Origin: Parachlamydiales bacterium
GTDB lineage: Bacteria; Chlamydiota; Chlamydiia; Chlamydiales; Parachlamydiaceae
NCBI GenBank assembly: GCA_020051075.1
Contig: JAGVJP010000032.1
Coordinates: 1 to 46,819, forward strand
Length of the DNA stretch: 46,819 bases
Direction: 5' to 3'
Below the pieces are notes generated by a model. It saw nothing but the letters and a program-made list of their open reading frames with translations, ran no database searches and had not been told where the DNA came from. The translations under genes and the position numbers were made by a program. Shown here one piece after another: positions 9,592 to 18,811 of this stretch (its first letter is position 1; each line of letters begins with the position of its first letter).

Positions 9592-10797
9592 ATGGTTAAG
9601 GCTATCGACAATAGTAACGAATTATGGGAGCCTGGAGAGATCATGGAGCTCAATCTAGGTCCCCAGCATCCCTCAACGCATGGAGTGCTTCGGATTAAGT
9701 TGCGGCTTGCTGGTGAAGTCGTTATCTCAGCAGAACCAGTGATTGGATATCTTCATACTGGGGTCGAAAAAGAGTGTGAAACGCGCACTTACCATCAAGT
9801 ATTCACCCTTGTCGATCGGTTGGATTATCTCTCCGGTCCATCAGAAGAGCAAGCTTTTGCTGGCGCTGTTGAGAAGTTGATGGATGTTGAAGTTCCTGAG
9901 AGGGCTCAAGTGATTCGAGTGATTCTCTTGGAGCTTTCAAGGATTGCAAGCCATCTGATCTGGGTGGGAACAAGCGCCCTTGAGCTGAATATGTCTTCCG
10001 TTTTCATGTATTGTTTTGCTGAGCGTGAGAAAATTCTCGACCTTTTCGAAGAAATGTCTGGAGCTCGCATGTTCCCTTCCTGCTGGCGTGTTGGAGGGCT
10101 TTCGCGCGATCTTAATCCTGAGTTTGAGGATGGGACGCGTGCGTTTATAAAAGATTTTCCTCGATTATGGAAAGATATCGATCAGCTTCTAACGAATAAT
10201 TATGTCTGGTGCGAGCGTCTGAAAGGGATTGCCAATATTGATGCTGAGATGTGCAAGCAATATATGTGCACAGGCCCTGTCATTAGAGGTGCTGGGATCG
10301 CATATGATATACGTAAAGCCTATCCTTATTTGGGCTATGACACTTACGAATTCGACATTCCAACTTATAAAGAATCAGATGCCTATGCACGCTACTTAGT
10401 GCGGATGGAAGAGATGAACCAGAGCGTGAGGATTATTGAACAGGGTCTAAAACGGTTGAAACCTGGTCCTGTAATCACCGACAATCGAAAAGTTGCATTA
10501 CCGCCTCGGAGCGAACTTGTCACAAGTATGGAAGCGGTCATTCATCAATTTAAACTCGTCAGCGAAGGGATACACCCTCCAGCAGGTGAGTTGTATAACT
10601 GCGTGGAATCAGCAAGAGGCGAGCTTGGAATGTACCTTGTGAGTGATGGGAGCCACCGTCCCTATCGACTTAGAGTTCGCTCGCCTTCCTTCTCGCATGT
10701 TGAGGTGCTGTCCAAGACGATGAATGGGCTGATTTTATCTGACGTCGTCGTTGCTATTGCAAGTGTAGACCCAATTTTAGGAGATGTAGATCGCTGA
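9592..10797 (+). CDS. nuoD: NADH-quinone oxidoreductase subunit D
   Basis: NLGPQHPSTHGVLR, GYLHTGVEK, C-terminal GDVDR. Confidence 0.97.
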   Translation: MVKAIDNSNELWEPGEIMELNLGPQHPSTHGVLRIKLRLAGEVVISAEPVIGYLHTGVEKECETRTYHQVFTLVDRLDYLSGPSEEQAFAGAVEKLMDVEVPERAQVIRVILLELSRIASHLIWVGTSALELNMSSVFMYCFAEREKILDLFEEMSGARMFPSCWRVGGLSRDLNPEFEDGTRAFIKDFPRLWKDIDQLLTNNYVWCERLKGIANIDAEMCKQYMCTGPVIRGAGIAYDIRKAYPYLGYDTYEFDIPTYKESDAYARYLVRMEEMNQSVRIIEQGLKRLKPGPVITDNRKVALPPRSELVTSMEAVIHQFKLVSEGIHPPAGELYNCVESARGELGMYLVSDGSHRPYRLRVRSPSFSHVEVLSKTMNGLILSDVVVAIASVDPILGDVDR

Positions 10798-11288
10798 TGC
10801 TTACTGAAAATACACAAAAATTGATATTAGATCTGCAGAAGCAATATCCAGAAAGACGTTCTGCTCTTATCCCTGCGCTGCATCTTGCTCAGGCTGAAGC
10901 TGGCTATTTGCCTCTGGAAGTTCAACAGGAAGTGGCAGATCTTTTTGGAATCGACATCAACGAGGTTCACGCTGTCGTCACTTTTTATGATATGTTTTAC
11001 GAAAAGCCAGTTGGCAAGCATGTCATTCATGTTTGTAAAAATGTTTCGTGTATGTTGCGCGGTTCAGATGAACTATTGCAAAAGGTCTGCCAACATTTAC
11101 AGGTTGCACCAAGGGAAGTGACTGCCGATGGAGAATTCACTGTTATTCCTTCTGAATGCTTGGCGGCATGCGATCGAGCTCCCATGATGCTTGTCGACGA
11201 TAAGGTGATTGGACCAGTCCCTATCGATGATGTCGAGAGAATATTAGCAGAAGCTAAAGAGAAGCCCGGCCATATTTCGCCTGTGTAA
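10797..11288 (+). CDS. nuoE: NADH-quinone oxidoreductase subunit E
   Basis: VVTFYDMF, CKNVSC, ECLAACDRAP 2Fe-2S ligands. Confidence 0.96.
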   Translation: MLTENTQKLILDLQKQYPERRSALIPALHLAQAEAGYLPLEVQQEVADLFGIDINEVHAVVTFYDMFYEKPVGKHVIHVCKNVSCMLRGSDELLQKVCQHLQVAPREVTADGEFTVIPSECLAACDRAPMMLVDDKVIGPVPIDDVERILAEAKEKPGHISPV

Positions 11289-11310
11289 TGATGCTATCTA
11301 AAGAATACAG

Positions 11311-11346
11311 TTGACACTTCTCCTTCTTGGATGCTATTGAAAAGGG
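11311..11346 (+). promoter_or_regulatory. Internal promoter motif before nuoF (copy 2 of 3)
   Basis: TTGACA CTTCTCCTTCTT GGATGCTATTGAAAAGGG in the 89-bp nuoE-nuoF gap. Confidence 0.6.
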
Positions 11347-11377
11347 GAAATGATTTCGTGATTAAGGGAGAATTTTC

Positions 11378-12694
11378 ATGGCTGAAATGCGTGTGTTGAT
11401 GGCTCATATGGATGATCCTGATCAATGTTTGATTGGAACATACGAAAAAAATGGCGGCTACCAGGCGATCAAGAAAGCTATCCCCCACATCCCTCCAGAT
11501 ACATTAATCGATATGGTCAAACAGTCATGGCTTCGCGGGCGCGGTGGAGCAGGATTCTCAACAGGGATGAAATGGAGTTTTGTTCCGAAAGGGAAAGGAT
11601 TGGATAAATATGTTGTTTGCAACTGCGATGAAAGTGAGCCTGGAACGTTTAAAGATCGCCTTCTGATTGAAAAAGACCCACACCAATTGATTGAGGGAGT
11701 GATCCTGGCAAGCTATGCCATTGATGCCCGGCGAGCATTTATCTATTGCCGTGGAGAATTTTACGAAGGAATTCGAAAGTTAAAGAAAGCTGTTGAAGAA
11801 GCAAGAAATAGCGGTTATTTGGGTAACCACATTTTTGGGACAGACTTCTCATTGGAGATCGTTGTCCACCCTGGGGCTGGTGCCTACATCGCTGGAGAAG
11901 AGACAGCCTTGCTTAATTCGTTAGAAGGGTATCGTGCGACGCCACGTCTAAAACCTCCCTTTCCTGCATCTTCAGGGCTATATAGCAAACCAACAGTCGT
12001 CAACAATGTTGAGACGCTCTGCAATGTCGTTCATATTGTCAACCGAGGGGTGGAGTGGTATACAAGCATTGGCAAGCCGAAAAATACAGGAACTAAAATC
12101 TTCCAGATCAGCGGTCAGATAAAAAATCCAGGATGCTACGAATTCCCGATAGGCATTCCTTTGCGCGAAGTGATCGACGCTGCTGGGGGGATGCTCCCAG
12201 GAAGGTCTTTCAAAGCGTGCTACCCTGGAGGCTCATCTTGTGCGCTGTTGAATGCCAAAGACCTTGATATTGCAATGGACTTTGACACGTTGACCCACCG
12301 GGATTCCGCTCTCGGTACCGCTTCAATTATTGTTATGGATGATACTGCTGATATGGTCCAAGTGGCTCTCAGATTGATGGAATTTTATCAGAACGAATCA
12401 TGTGGAAAATGCACCCCATGCAGAGAAGGGACCAGATGGGTGGTGCAAATGCTCTCTCGGATTGTAGCAGGGCAAGGAACGTTTGGCGACCTCGACGTAA
12501 TCACACAAGTGTGCAAGAGCATGACTGAAACATCTTTTTGTCCTCTCGCACCAGGCGCTGCGCTGCCTATAGAGAGTGCTATAGCGGAGTTTCGCGATGA
12601 ATTTGAAGCCTACATCCGCCGCAATCCCCATGCTTCAGAGAAACCTAAGATGAAGATGGCTTATCCCTATATGAAAGCCTATGCATTTGATTAA
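11378..12694 (+). CDS. nuoF: NADH-quinone oxidoreductase subunit F
   Basis: LRGRGGAGF, NCDESEPGTFKDR, GAGAYIAGEETAL, SCGKCTPCREG. Confidence 0.97.
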   Translation: MAEMRVLMAHMDDPDQCLIGTYEKNGGYQAIKKAIPHIPPDTLIDMVKQSWLRGRGGAGFSTGMKWSFVPKGKGLDKYVVCNCDESEPGTFKDRLLIEKDPHQLIEGVILASYAIDARRAFIYCRGEFYEGIRKLKKAVEEARNSGYLGNHIFGTDFSLEIVVHPGAGAYIAGEETALLNSLEGYRATPRLKPPFPASSGLYSKPTVVNNVETLCNVVHIVNRGVEWYTSIGKPKNTGTKIFQISGQIKNPGCYEFPIGIPLREVIDAAGGMLPGRSFKACYPGGSSCALLNAKDLDIAMDFDTLTHRDSALGTASIIVMDDTADMVQVALRLMEFYQNESCGKCTPCREGTRWVVQMLSRIVAGQGTFGDLDVITQVCKSMTETSFCPLAPGAALPIESAIAEFRDEFEAYIRRNPHASEKPKMKMAYPYMKAYAFD

Positions 12695-12759
12695 GTGATG
12701 ACAGATTAAAAGATGTCTTTCTTTGAGAAGGAAGCTCCGGAGCGTTCCGAGAAAATGTT

Positions 12760-12788
12760 TTGACGAATTACAAATAGATGTGGATAAT
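12760..12788 (+). promoter_or_regulatory. sigma70/66-type promoter for the DUF6580-like gene
   Basis: TTGACG-N17-GATAAT. Confidence 0.55.
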
Positions 12789-12792
12789 CGTT

Positions 12793-12884
12793 CTGAAAAG
12801 TTAGTTCGGAGTAGATTTGTGAGAATCTCCTAAGATGCCCGTAAGTCCGAATAGCTGATCAAGCACAATTTCCAGGAGAAATGT
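12793..12884 (+). promoter_or_regulatory. Structured 5' leader; candidate cobalamin (class II-like) riboswitch variant
   Basis: GTTAGTTCGGA pairs with TCCGAA..CTGAT; T-loop-like GTGAGAATC; AAGTCCGAAT resembles the B12-box end. CTCCT (12827-31) is complementary to AGGAG, which sits in a hairpin loop (ACAATTTC-CAGGA-GAAATGT). Confidence 0.35.
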
Positions 12885-12891
12885 AATATCT

Positions 12892-13488
12892 ATGCAAACT
12901 TCGATCGAACGCGTTCGTAATATTTCCGAATTCAAACATTGGATCTCATATCATTTTAGCAGCACACGGTTTTATGCAATTTTAGGATTCATCTTCCTCG
13001 GGATTATAAGCCGTTTACTCCCCCACCCACCTAATTTCACAGCCATAAACGCTCTTGCTCTATTCAGTGTTAGCTTGCTCGGTGGTTTGAGAATATCACT
13101 GTTCACAGTCTACCTATTTATGCTTCTTAGTAATGTTATCTTGGGATTCCACTCCAACATGTTTTTTGTTTACTCTAGTTTTGGTTTGATTGTGCTGATG
13201 GGAAATTGGCTAAACTTAAAACAATCATTAAAACGGACCATTTGTTTTCTTATCACGTCATCACTTCTTTTCTTTGTCATTACAAATTTTGGCGTGTGGC
13301 TATCCATTCCCTTTTACCCTAAAACGGTTGCTGGACTTGGCCTTTGTTACTTAGCAGCGATTCCCTTTCTTGTGAATGAGATGATGGGAACCCTCTTATA
13401 TGGAGTGATTTTGTTTGGATGGTTAGTCCTAGCGGAGCATTATCATCAGGGAAGAGTCGGACGAAAAGCCGGCGTGCCTTTCAGTTGA
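12892..13488 (+). CDS. DUF6580-like membrane protein (putative ECF S-component-like vitamin/cobalamin transporter)
   Basis: SRLLPHPPNFTAINALALF, SSLLFFVITNFGVWL, YPKTVAGLGLCYLAAIPF; about 5-6 TM segments. Confidence 0.75.
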   Translation: MQTSIERVRNISEFKHWISYHFSSTRFYAILGFIFLGIISRLLPHPPNFTAINALALFSVSLLGGLRISLFTVYLFMLLSNVILGFHSNMFFVYSSFGLIVLMGNWLNLKQSLKRTICFLITSSLLFFVITNFGVWLSIPFYPKTVAGLGLCYLAAIPFLVNEMMGTLLYGVILFGWLVLAEHYHQGRVGRKAGVPFS

Positions 13489-14141
13489 ATAAAAGCATGA
13501 TCTCCTTCGATCTTGGTTTCTCCGAGATCTACTGAAATAGGGTGCCGAAAAATAGGCCCATCGAATACAAAGGTGTGAAATTCTCCATTTTCTCCGCATG
13601 GATCAACGTTTGGGGGGAGGTCTGATAGAAATTTCTCGTCGAATGACCTGCCTAAAAAAGAAATAGGGAGTGCTTTGAGATTAATGCTTACAACGATTGT
13701 TTTAAATCCACTGTGAATCATGCTTTTAGCAAGGTCTCTAGTGGGTTTTTTCCATAAGGGGAAAAGGAGCTCAATTCCTGTCCCTTTCATTTTTTCTTCG
13801 CGGGATGATCGAATGTCTTTAAGGAATAAATCTCCGAATGCGATATACGAGACGGCTTGTTCGGAGGCAGTTTTTAAAATCTTTCGCATTTGTTGTTCAA
13901 AACTTTGGTCATGTTCACCAATTCCGGCTTCTGCACAATATAAAGGCAATCCAAGTTCTGAGGCTTGACGCTTTAGAAGCTCTTCAGGAATGTTATGCAT
14001 AGCCACTGAGCGTGAAGTTGGCCTTAGAGTGGTCACTAACCCAGTGATTTCGTATTTTTTATCTGACTTCAGTTGATGCAAAGCGTAAGCGCAATCCTTT
14101 CCAGTGCTCCAACTTAACCATACTTTCACTTTTCCCATCAT
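13446..14141 (-). CDS. DUF71/COG2102 PP-loop ATP pyrophosphatase (diphthine-ammonia-ligase-like; bacterial members linked to B12 salvage)
   Basis: SWSTGKDC, FGDLFLKDIR, FPLW, DPCGENGEFHTFVFDGPIF. Confidence 0.88.
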   Translation of the reverse strand: MMGKVKVWLSWSTGKDCAYALHQLKSDKKYEITGLVTTLRPTSRSVAMHNIPEELLKRQASELGLPLYCAEAGIGEHDQSFEQQMRKILKTASEQAVSYIAFGDLFLKDIRSSREEKMKGTGIELLFPLWKKPTRDLAKSMIHSGFKTIVVSINLKALPISFLGRSFDEKFLSDLPPNVDPCGENGEFHTFVFDGPIFRHPISVDLGETKIEGDHAFIQLKGTPAFRPTLP

Positions 14142-14188
14142 AGCTCCTCTTTAAACGTATGGGTATAAATAAGGGACCACAAGAGGTA

Positions 14189-14345
14189 ATTGCAAAAGTC
14201 CTTATCGTGCCCCTGCCCGTGCCCGTGCCGGTGCCCGATTGTTCCTTCTTGAGCAAAGGCATGGGCATGATAGATTCAGGTCCGTTCATGAAAAGAGACA
14301 ATCGGGCACGGGCACGGGCAGGGGCACGATAAGGACTTTTGCGAT
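14189..14345. repeat. MITE/REP-like palindromic element with GTGCCC hexamer arms
   Basis: Left arm 14192-14242 GCAAAAGTCCTTATCGTGCCCCTGCCCGTGCCCGTGCCGGTGCCCGATTGT; right arm 14298-14342 is its reverse complement minus one hexamer. Confidence 0.85.
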
Positions 14346-14413
14346 GTTCGCTATTCTACAGAAAATCAGAATTCGCAACAACAGGCGAATACGCAACCTC
14401 ATATTCTATATTA

Positions 14414-14457
14414 AAAAATAATATTGACAGTCGATGTCTATGGATGATATTGAACAA
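14414..14457 (+). promoter_or_regulatory. Promoter motif before nuoG (copy 3 of 3)
   Basis: AAAAATAATA TTGACA GTCGATGTCTAT GGATGATATTGAACAA; 30/37 identical to the nuoA copy over 14414-14450. Confidence 0.65.
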
Positions 14458-14494
14458 GACCATTGAATCTGATTAAAGGAAGAGCGGCAAAGTT

Positions 14495-16822
14495 ATGGAT
14501 GGACAGACGACAGCTCAGATGGTCACTTTGACGATCGATGGAAAGGCCATCTCAGTCCCTAAGGGGACCACCGTCTATCATGCTGCGATGCAGCTTGGCC
14601 TTGAAATCCCTATTTTCTGTTATCAGGATCGAATGCCTCCTTTCGGCGCTTGCCGTGTTTGTTTGGTTGAAGTCGAGAAAATGGCTAAGTTGCAGACTTC
14701 TTGTACACTAGAAGCTACTGAAGGAATGGTCGTCAAGACTCAGAGTGCGATCGCTGCTGAAGGGCGGAAAGAGATCTTGGAATTTCTTCTGATCAATCAT
14801 CCGTTGGATTGTCCGATATGCGATCGTGGAGGGGAGTGTCCTCTGCAAGAAAATGCTCTGAGATATGGCCCTGGGATGAGCCGTTTCTTTGAAGAGAAGC
14901 GGCATTTTAAAAAACCTCTTCCCCTCGGTCCTGTTCTGATGCTTGACCGGGAACGGTGCATCATCTGCGCCAGATGTACTCGGTTTGGAGAGACTTTAGC
15001 AGGAGATCACGCCCTCCAATTCATTGAAAGAGGGTACAAAACTGAGGTGGGAACGCCTGACAATGCGCCGGCAGATTCTAAGTTCATTGGAAACACCATC
15101 ATGATCTGCCCTGTCGGGGCTTTGACGAGTCAGGTGTATCGATTTCGTGCCCGCCCCTGGGATAATCAGCCCACGGAAAGCAGCTGCACCCTCTGTCCTG
15201 TTGGTTGCAGCATGATCCTCGATTCGCGCGATGGAGAGATCATGCGGACGCGGTCGAATGAAAATCCAGCTGTCAACGACATATGGATGTGTGACAAAGG
15301 ATGGTTCGGTTATGAATTCACCTATCATCCCGATCGCTTGCAGACGCCTCTGATCCGCCGAAATGGAAAGCTAGAAACAGCCAGCTGGGAAGAAGCCCTT
15401 AATCTGGTTGCTGAGAAGATGGAACGGGCCAAACCAAGCGGATCTTTAGCGGCGTGGGGAGGAAATACGTTGACTTTCGAAGAAAACTATCTCTTTCAGC
15501 GCCTCATGCGAGAGGGGTGTGGCGTTGGCAATGTTGATCATCGGATAGGGATGCCAATCTTTACATTGGAACAGGAGAGAATGGCTCCTGGTATGGAGAT
15601 GTCGATAGGAGAATGCGAGGAGCTCTCGTTTGCTGTCCTTCTGGGGCTCGATCTTACGGAAGAATTCCCAGTGATTTGGCTTCGTCTGAGGCAGGCGATC
15701 AACCGCGGGGCGAAGGTGTTATTCATCGGACACTTCTCCCCTGAAATCGCTCCATTTCTCTCCCAAGTTGTCACCCATCAGCCAGGGCAAGAGGTTGAAT
15801 TCATCCAGAAAACCCTCCCTCAATTTCTTAACAGTGTCGACTTAAGCCATAAGGGAGCCTTGTTGGTTGGGAGTCAATATTTACGTTCAACCGACCGCTC
15901 TTTGATATTAGCTGAATTGCAGAAGATGAAGCAGGGGCAAATGACTTTGAATCTATTGGAAGGGCGTGGGAACAGTATGGGAGCAAGGCTTGCTGGCATG
16001 CATCCAGAGTTGATGCCTCTTGATCAGAAATCCAGCAGCCCTGGATTGAATGCTTTAGAGGTGCTTTCAAGAGCGGCTGATAGCGGCTGGGAATTCCTCT
16101 ATGTCGCTGGGGCTAACCCTGAGATCAAATATCCTTCTAAGATTTGGGATTCAGCCCGTTCAAAGACCAATTTCCTTGTGGTGCAAGATCTATTTTTGAC
16201 TGAAACAGCACAGCAGGCTGATGTCGTCCTCCCGACGCTGACTTTCATTGAAAAAGGGGGGAGTTTTATCAATATTGAGAGAAGGATCCAGCCACTTTTG
16301 CCAGGAAAAGACATTCCTGAGAATCTGTATAGCGATGGAGAGATTTTTGTCCGCATAGCTGAAAAGCTTAAATTGACCCTTTCTTTAGACAGAAGATTTA
16401 GCCAGCTCCTCCAATCAGGCCAGCGGATAAACGCTCTGATGGAACACCGTACGTCGGCGCCAGAGAACAATCAGCCGATTCGCCAGTCAGGAAATGGAGA
16501 GATGAGGGCGACATTTGCACATGCACTGTTTGACCGGGGCGTCAGGGTGGAGCACGATCCTCATGTGGTTCAGCTGGTGAAGAAAGCATCGATTCGACTT
16601 AACCCAGAAGATGCTAAGAAGCGGAATATTGCAGAGGGGAGTCGGATAGGCATACGCTCGGATGGAGTGTCTATCGATGCTGTTGCACACTTGGATAAAG
16701 CTGTAGCCGAAGGGGCTGTCGTCCTTCCCCTTGGCTTTTCTAAAGAAATTGCTGTGAAAGAACTAGGAGTCAATTTATTGAACGGCATTGCGGTGGAAAT
16801 TATTGGCGAGAGTAAATCGTAA
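14495..16822 (+). CDS. nuoG: NADH-quinone oxidoreductase subunit G
   Basis: GACRVCLVEVE, NHPLDCPICDRGGECPLQ, RCIICARCTRF, CTLCPVGC, CDKGWFG. Confidence 0.96.
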   Translation: MDGQTTAQMVTLTIDGKAISVPKGTTVYHAAMQLGLEIPIFCYQDRMPPFGACRVCLVEVEKMAKLQTSCTLEATEGMVVKTQSAIAAEGRKEILEFLLINHPLDCPICDRGGECPLQENALRYGPGMSRFFEEKRHFKKPLPLGPVLMLDRERCIICARCTRFGETLAGDHALQFIERGYKTEVGTPDNAPADSKFIGNTIMICPVGALTSQVYRFRARPWDNQPTESSCTLCPVGCSMILDSRDGEIMRTRSNENPAVNDIWMCDKGWFGYEFTYHPDRLQTPLIRRNGKLETASWEEALNLVAEKMERAKPSGSLAAWGGNTLTFEENYLFQRLMREGCGVGNVDHRIGMPIFTLEQERMAPGMEMSIGECEELSFAVLLGLDLTEEFPVIWLRLRQAINRGAKVLFIGHFSPEIAPFLSQVVTHQPGQEVEFIQKTLPQFLNSVDLSHKGALLVGSQYLRSTDRSLILAELQKMKQGQMTLNLLEGRGNSMGARLAGMHPELMPLDQKSSSPGLNALEVLSRAADSGWEFLYVAGANPEIKYPSKIWDSARSKTNFLVVQDLFLTETAQQADVVLPTLTFIEKGGSFINIERRIQPLLPGKDIPENLYSDGEIFVRIAEKLKLTLSLDRRFSQLLQSGQRINALMEHRTSAPENNQPIRQSGNGEMRATFAHALFDRGVRVEHDPHVVQLVKKASIRLNPEDAKKRNIAEGSRIGIRSDGVSIDAVAHLDKAVAEGAVVLPLGFSKEIAVKELGVNLLNGIAVEIIGESKS

Positions 16823-16841
16823 CAAAAATCGAAGTATAAAC

Positions 16842-17819
16842 ATGTTAATCGAAGCTGGTGTTGTGATCATTAAAGGTGTAGTGATGGTAGCAGTCTTGAT
16901 GCTATTCGCTGCATATATGACTTTGCTTGAAAGGGTTGTGATGGCTCGTGTGCAGCTCCGTATCGGTCCAAACCGCGTCGGACCGCTCGGACTGTTTCAA
17001 CCCATTGCAGATGGGATCAAGTTGCTTTGGAAAGAGCGTTTTCAGCCTGACAATATCGATAAAGTAACTTATTGGCTTGCTCCCGGCATCTCACTCTTCA
17101 CTGCTCTCTTCGCCTTTGTCCTGATCCCTATTGGAGATACCGTGCACCTTTGGGGTCATCCAGTCACACTATATATTGCTGATGTCAACGCTGGCATTCT
17201 TCTGCTTCTGGCTTTCTCTTCACTTGCTGTTTATGGCATTGTTCTTGCTGGCTGGGCCTCAAATAACCGTTATTCTCTTATGGGAGGGCTGCGTGGAACG
17301 GCTCAGATGATCAGTTATGAGATCCCAATGGGGATTTCTCTGCTGACAGTTGTCTTGTCGGTAGGGACGCTCAGCCTCCCAGAAATTGTCGAAGCACAAC
17401 GCTCTCATTGGCTGATTTGGACGAATCCGATTAGCTTTGCTATCTACTTAATCACAGCCTTTGCAGAGACAAACCGAGCCCCCTTTGACTTGCCGGAAGC
17501 TGAACATGAGTTGACTGGAGGCTATCATACAGAGTATGGAGGAATGAAATTTGCAGTCTTCTTCTTGGCGGAATATGTCAATATCCTGGCTGTTTCTGCG
17601 ATCGCTGTCACTTTATTTTTTGGCGGGTGGCTTGGACCTGGTGACATCCCTGTCATTTGGTTTTTAGTTAAAATGGCCTTCTTTGTATTTTTCTTCATGT
17701 GGGTGAGAGCCACGATGGCTCGCTTCCGCTATGGTCAACTGATGAGTTTCAGTTGGAAAGTGTTGCTCCCCATAGCGATCATTAATTTAATCGTCACAGC
17801 ATATTTTATTTTGGTTTAA
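16842..17819 (+). CDS. nuoH: NADH-quinone oxidoreductase subunit H
   Basis: RIGPNRVGP, QPIADGIKL, AETNRAPFDLPEAE; start set at ATG 16842, after the nuoG stop. Confidence 0.95.
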   Translation: MLIEAGVVIIKGVVMVAVLMLFAAYMTLLERVVMARVQLRIGPNRVGPLGLFQPIADGIKLLWKERFQPDNIDKVTYWLAPGISLFTALFAFVLIPIGDTVHLWGHPVTLYIADVNAGILLLLAFSSLAVYGIVLAGWASNNRYSLMGGLRGTAQMISYEIPMGISLLTVVLSVGTLSLPEIVEAQRSHWLIWTNPISFAIYLITAFAETNRAPFDLPEAEHELTGGYHTEYGGMKFAVFFLAEYVNILAVSAIAVTLFFGGWLGPGDIPVIWFLVKMAFFVFFFMWVRATMARFRYGQLMSFSWKVLLPIAIINLIVTAYFILV

Positions 17820-17822
17820 TCT

Positions 17823-18296
17823 ATGAAGAAAACTTTATCTCAAGTGATGTCGATCTTCAAGGGATTATTTATCGTCCTGAAACATGCTTTCAGAAAGCCT
17901 GTGACGATTAAATATCCTGAAGAGAAGCGGAAGCTCCCCATTCGATCCCGTGGACGACATTATCTGACGAAATGGAATGATGGCCTTGAGCGCTGTGTGG
18001 GATGTGAGTTATGTTCGATTGTTTGTCCTTCGCAAGCCATCTATGTCAAACCTGCTGCAAATAATCCTGAAGATCCAGTTTCACACGGAGAGCGTCATGC
18101 GGAAGACTTTCAAATCAACATGCTCCGCTGTATTTACTGTGGATATTGTGAAGAGGCCTGTCCGACAGGGGCCATCATTCTGAGCAATGAATTTGAGCTG
18201 TCTGCATATGATCGAGAATCGTTGATTTTCACGAAAGAGAAGTTGGTCGAGAAAGAGCCTGGCGACTCTGGGCGCGACCCAAACAGGGAGATTTAG
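17823..18296 (+). CDS. nuoI: NADH-quinone oxidoreductase subunit I
   Basis: Two CxxCxxCxxxCP 4Fe-4S motifs, YPEEK. Confidence 0.96.
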   Translation: MKKTLSQVMSIFKGLFIVLKHAFRKPVTIKYPEEKRKLPIRSRGRHYLTKWNDGLERCVGCELCSIVCPSQAIYVKPAANNPEDPVSHGERHAEDFQINMLRCIYCGYCEEACPTGAIILSNEFELSAYDRESLIFTKEKLVEKEPGDSGRDPNREI

Positions 18297-18301
18297 GAGA
18301 G

Positions 18302-18811
18302 ATGAGCGTATTAGAAAACCCTGTTCAACTGTTTCTTGGATTACTATTAATCCTTGCCTCGCTTGGAGTGATTATTGCCCGCAAGCCGATCCATGCGAGC
18401 TTATCATTCATGCTGGCACTTTTGACGTTAGCAGCTCTCTTTACAATGCTTTCGGCAGAGTTCATCGCCGTTTTGCAAATTCTAGTCTATGCTGGCGCCA
18501 TCCTTGTCATCTTTGTTTTTGTGATTGTCCTCTTCCAAGATGCATACCTCCAAATTGATCAAACCAAGTCATTAAGTGCAAAGCCGTTGATCGCTGTTGC
18601 TGGATTGACATTCCTCATCGCGTTAATTTCTTTTGGAGCGCTGTTGTTAGGGAAGGAGAGTGTTAAACAGGAGCTTCCTGAAGGCTTTGGCACCGTACAA
18701 GGGTTAGGCAAAGCTCTTTACATCGACTTCTTTTTCCCTTTTGAAGCTGTCATCCTCCTCTTTTTGGTGGCTGTGATTGGATCATTATATATCGCCAAAA
18801 AGGAGATTTAA
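18302..18811 (+). CDS. nuoJ: NADH-quinone oxidoreductase subunit J
   Basis: QILVYAGAILV, FPFEAV; position in the operon. Confidence 0.94.
   Translation: MSVLENPVQLFLGLLLILASLGVIIARKPIHASLSFMLALLTLAALFTMLSAEFIAVLQILVYAGAILVIFVFVIVLFQDAYLQIDQTKSLSAKPLIAVAGLTFLIALISFGALLLGKESVKQELPEGFGTVQGLGKALYIDFFFPFEAVILLFLVAVIGSLYIAKKEI

Noticed and set aside
14059..14421. Two opposite-strand ORFs both encoding QSGTGTG(TG)RGTIRTFA
   Set aside because: Artefact of translating the two arms of the GTGCCC palindrome; one also overlaps the DUF71 gene
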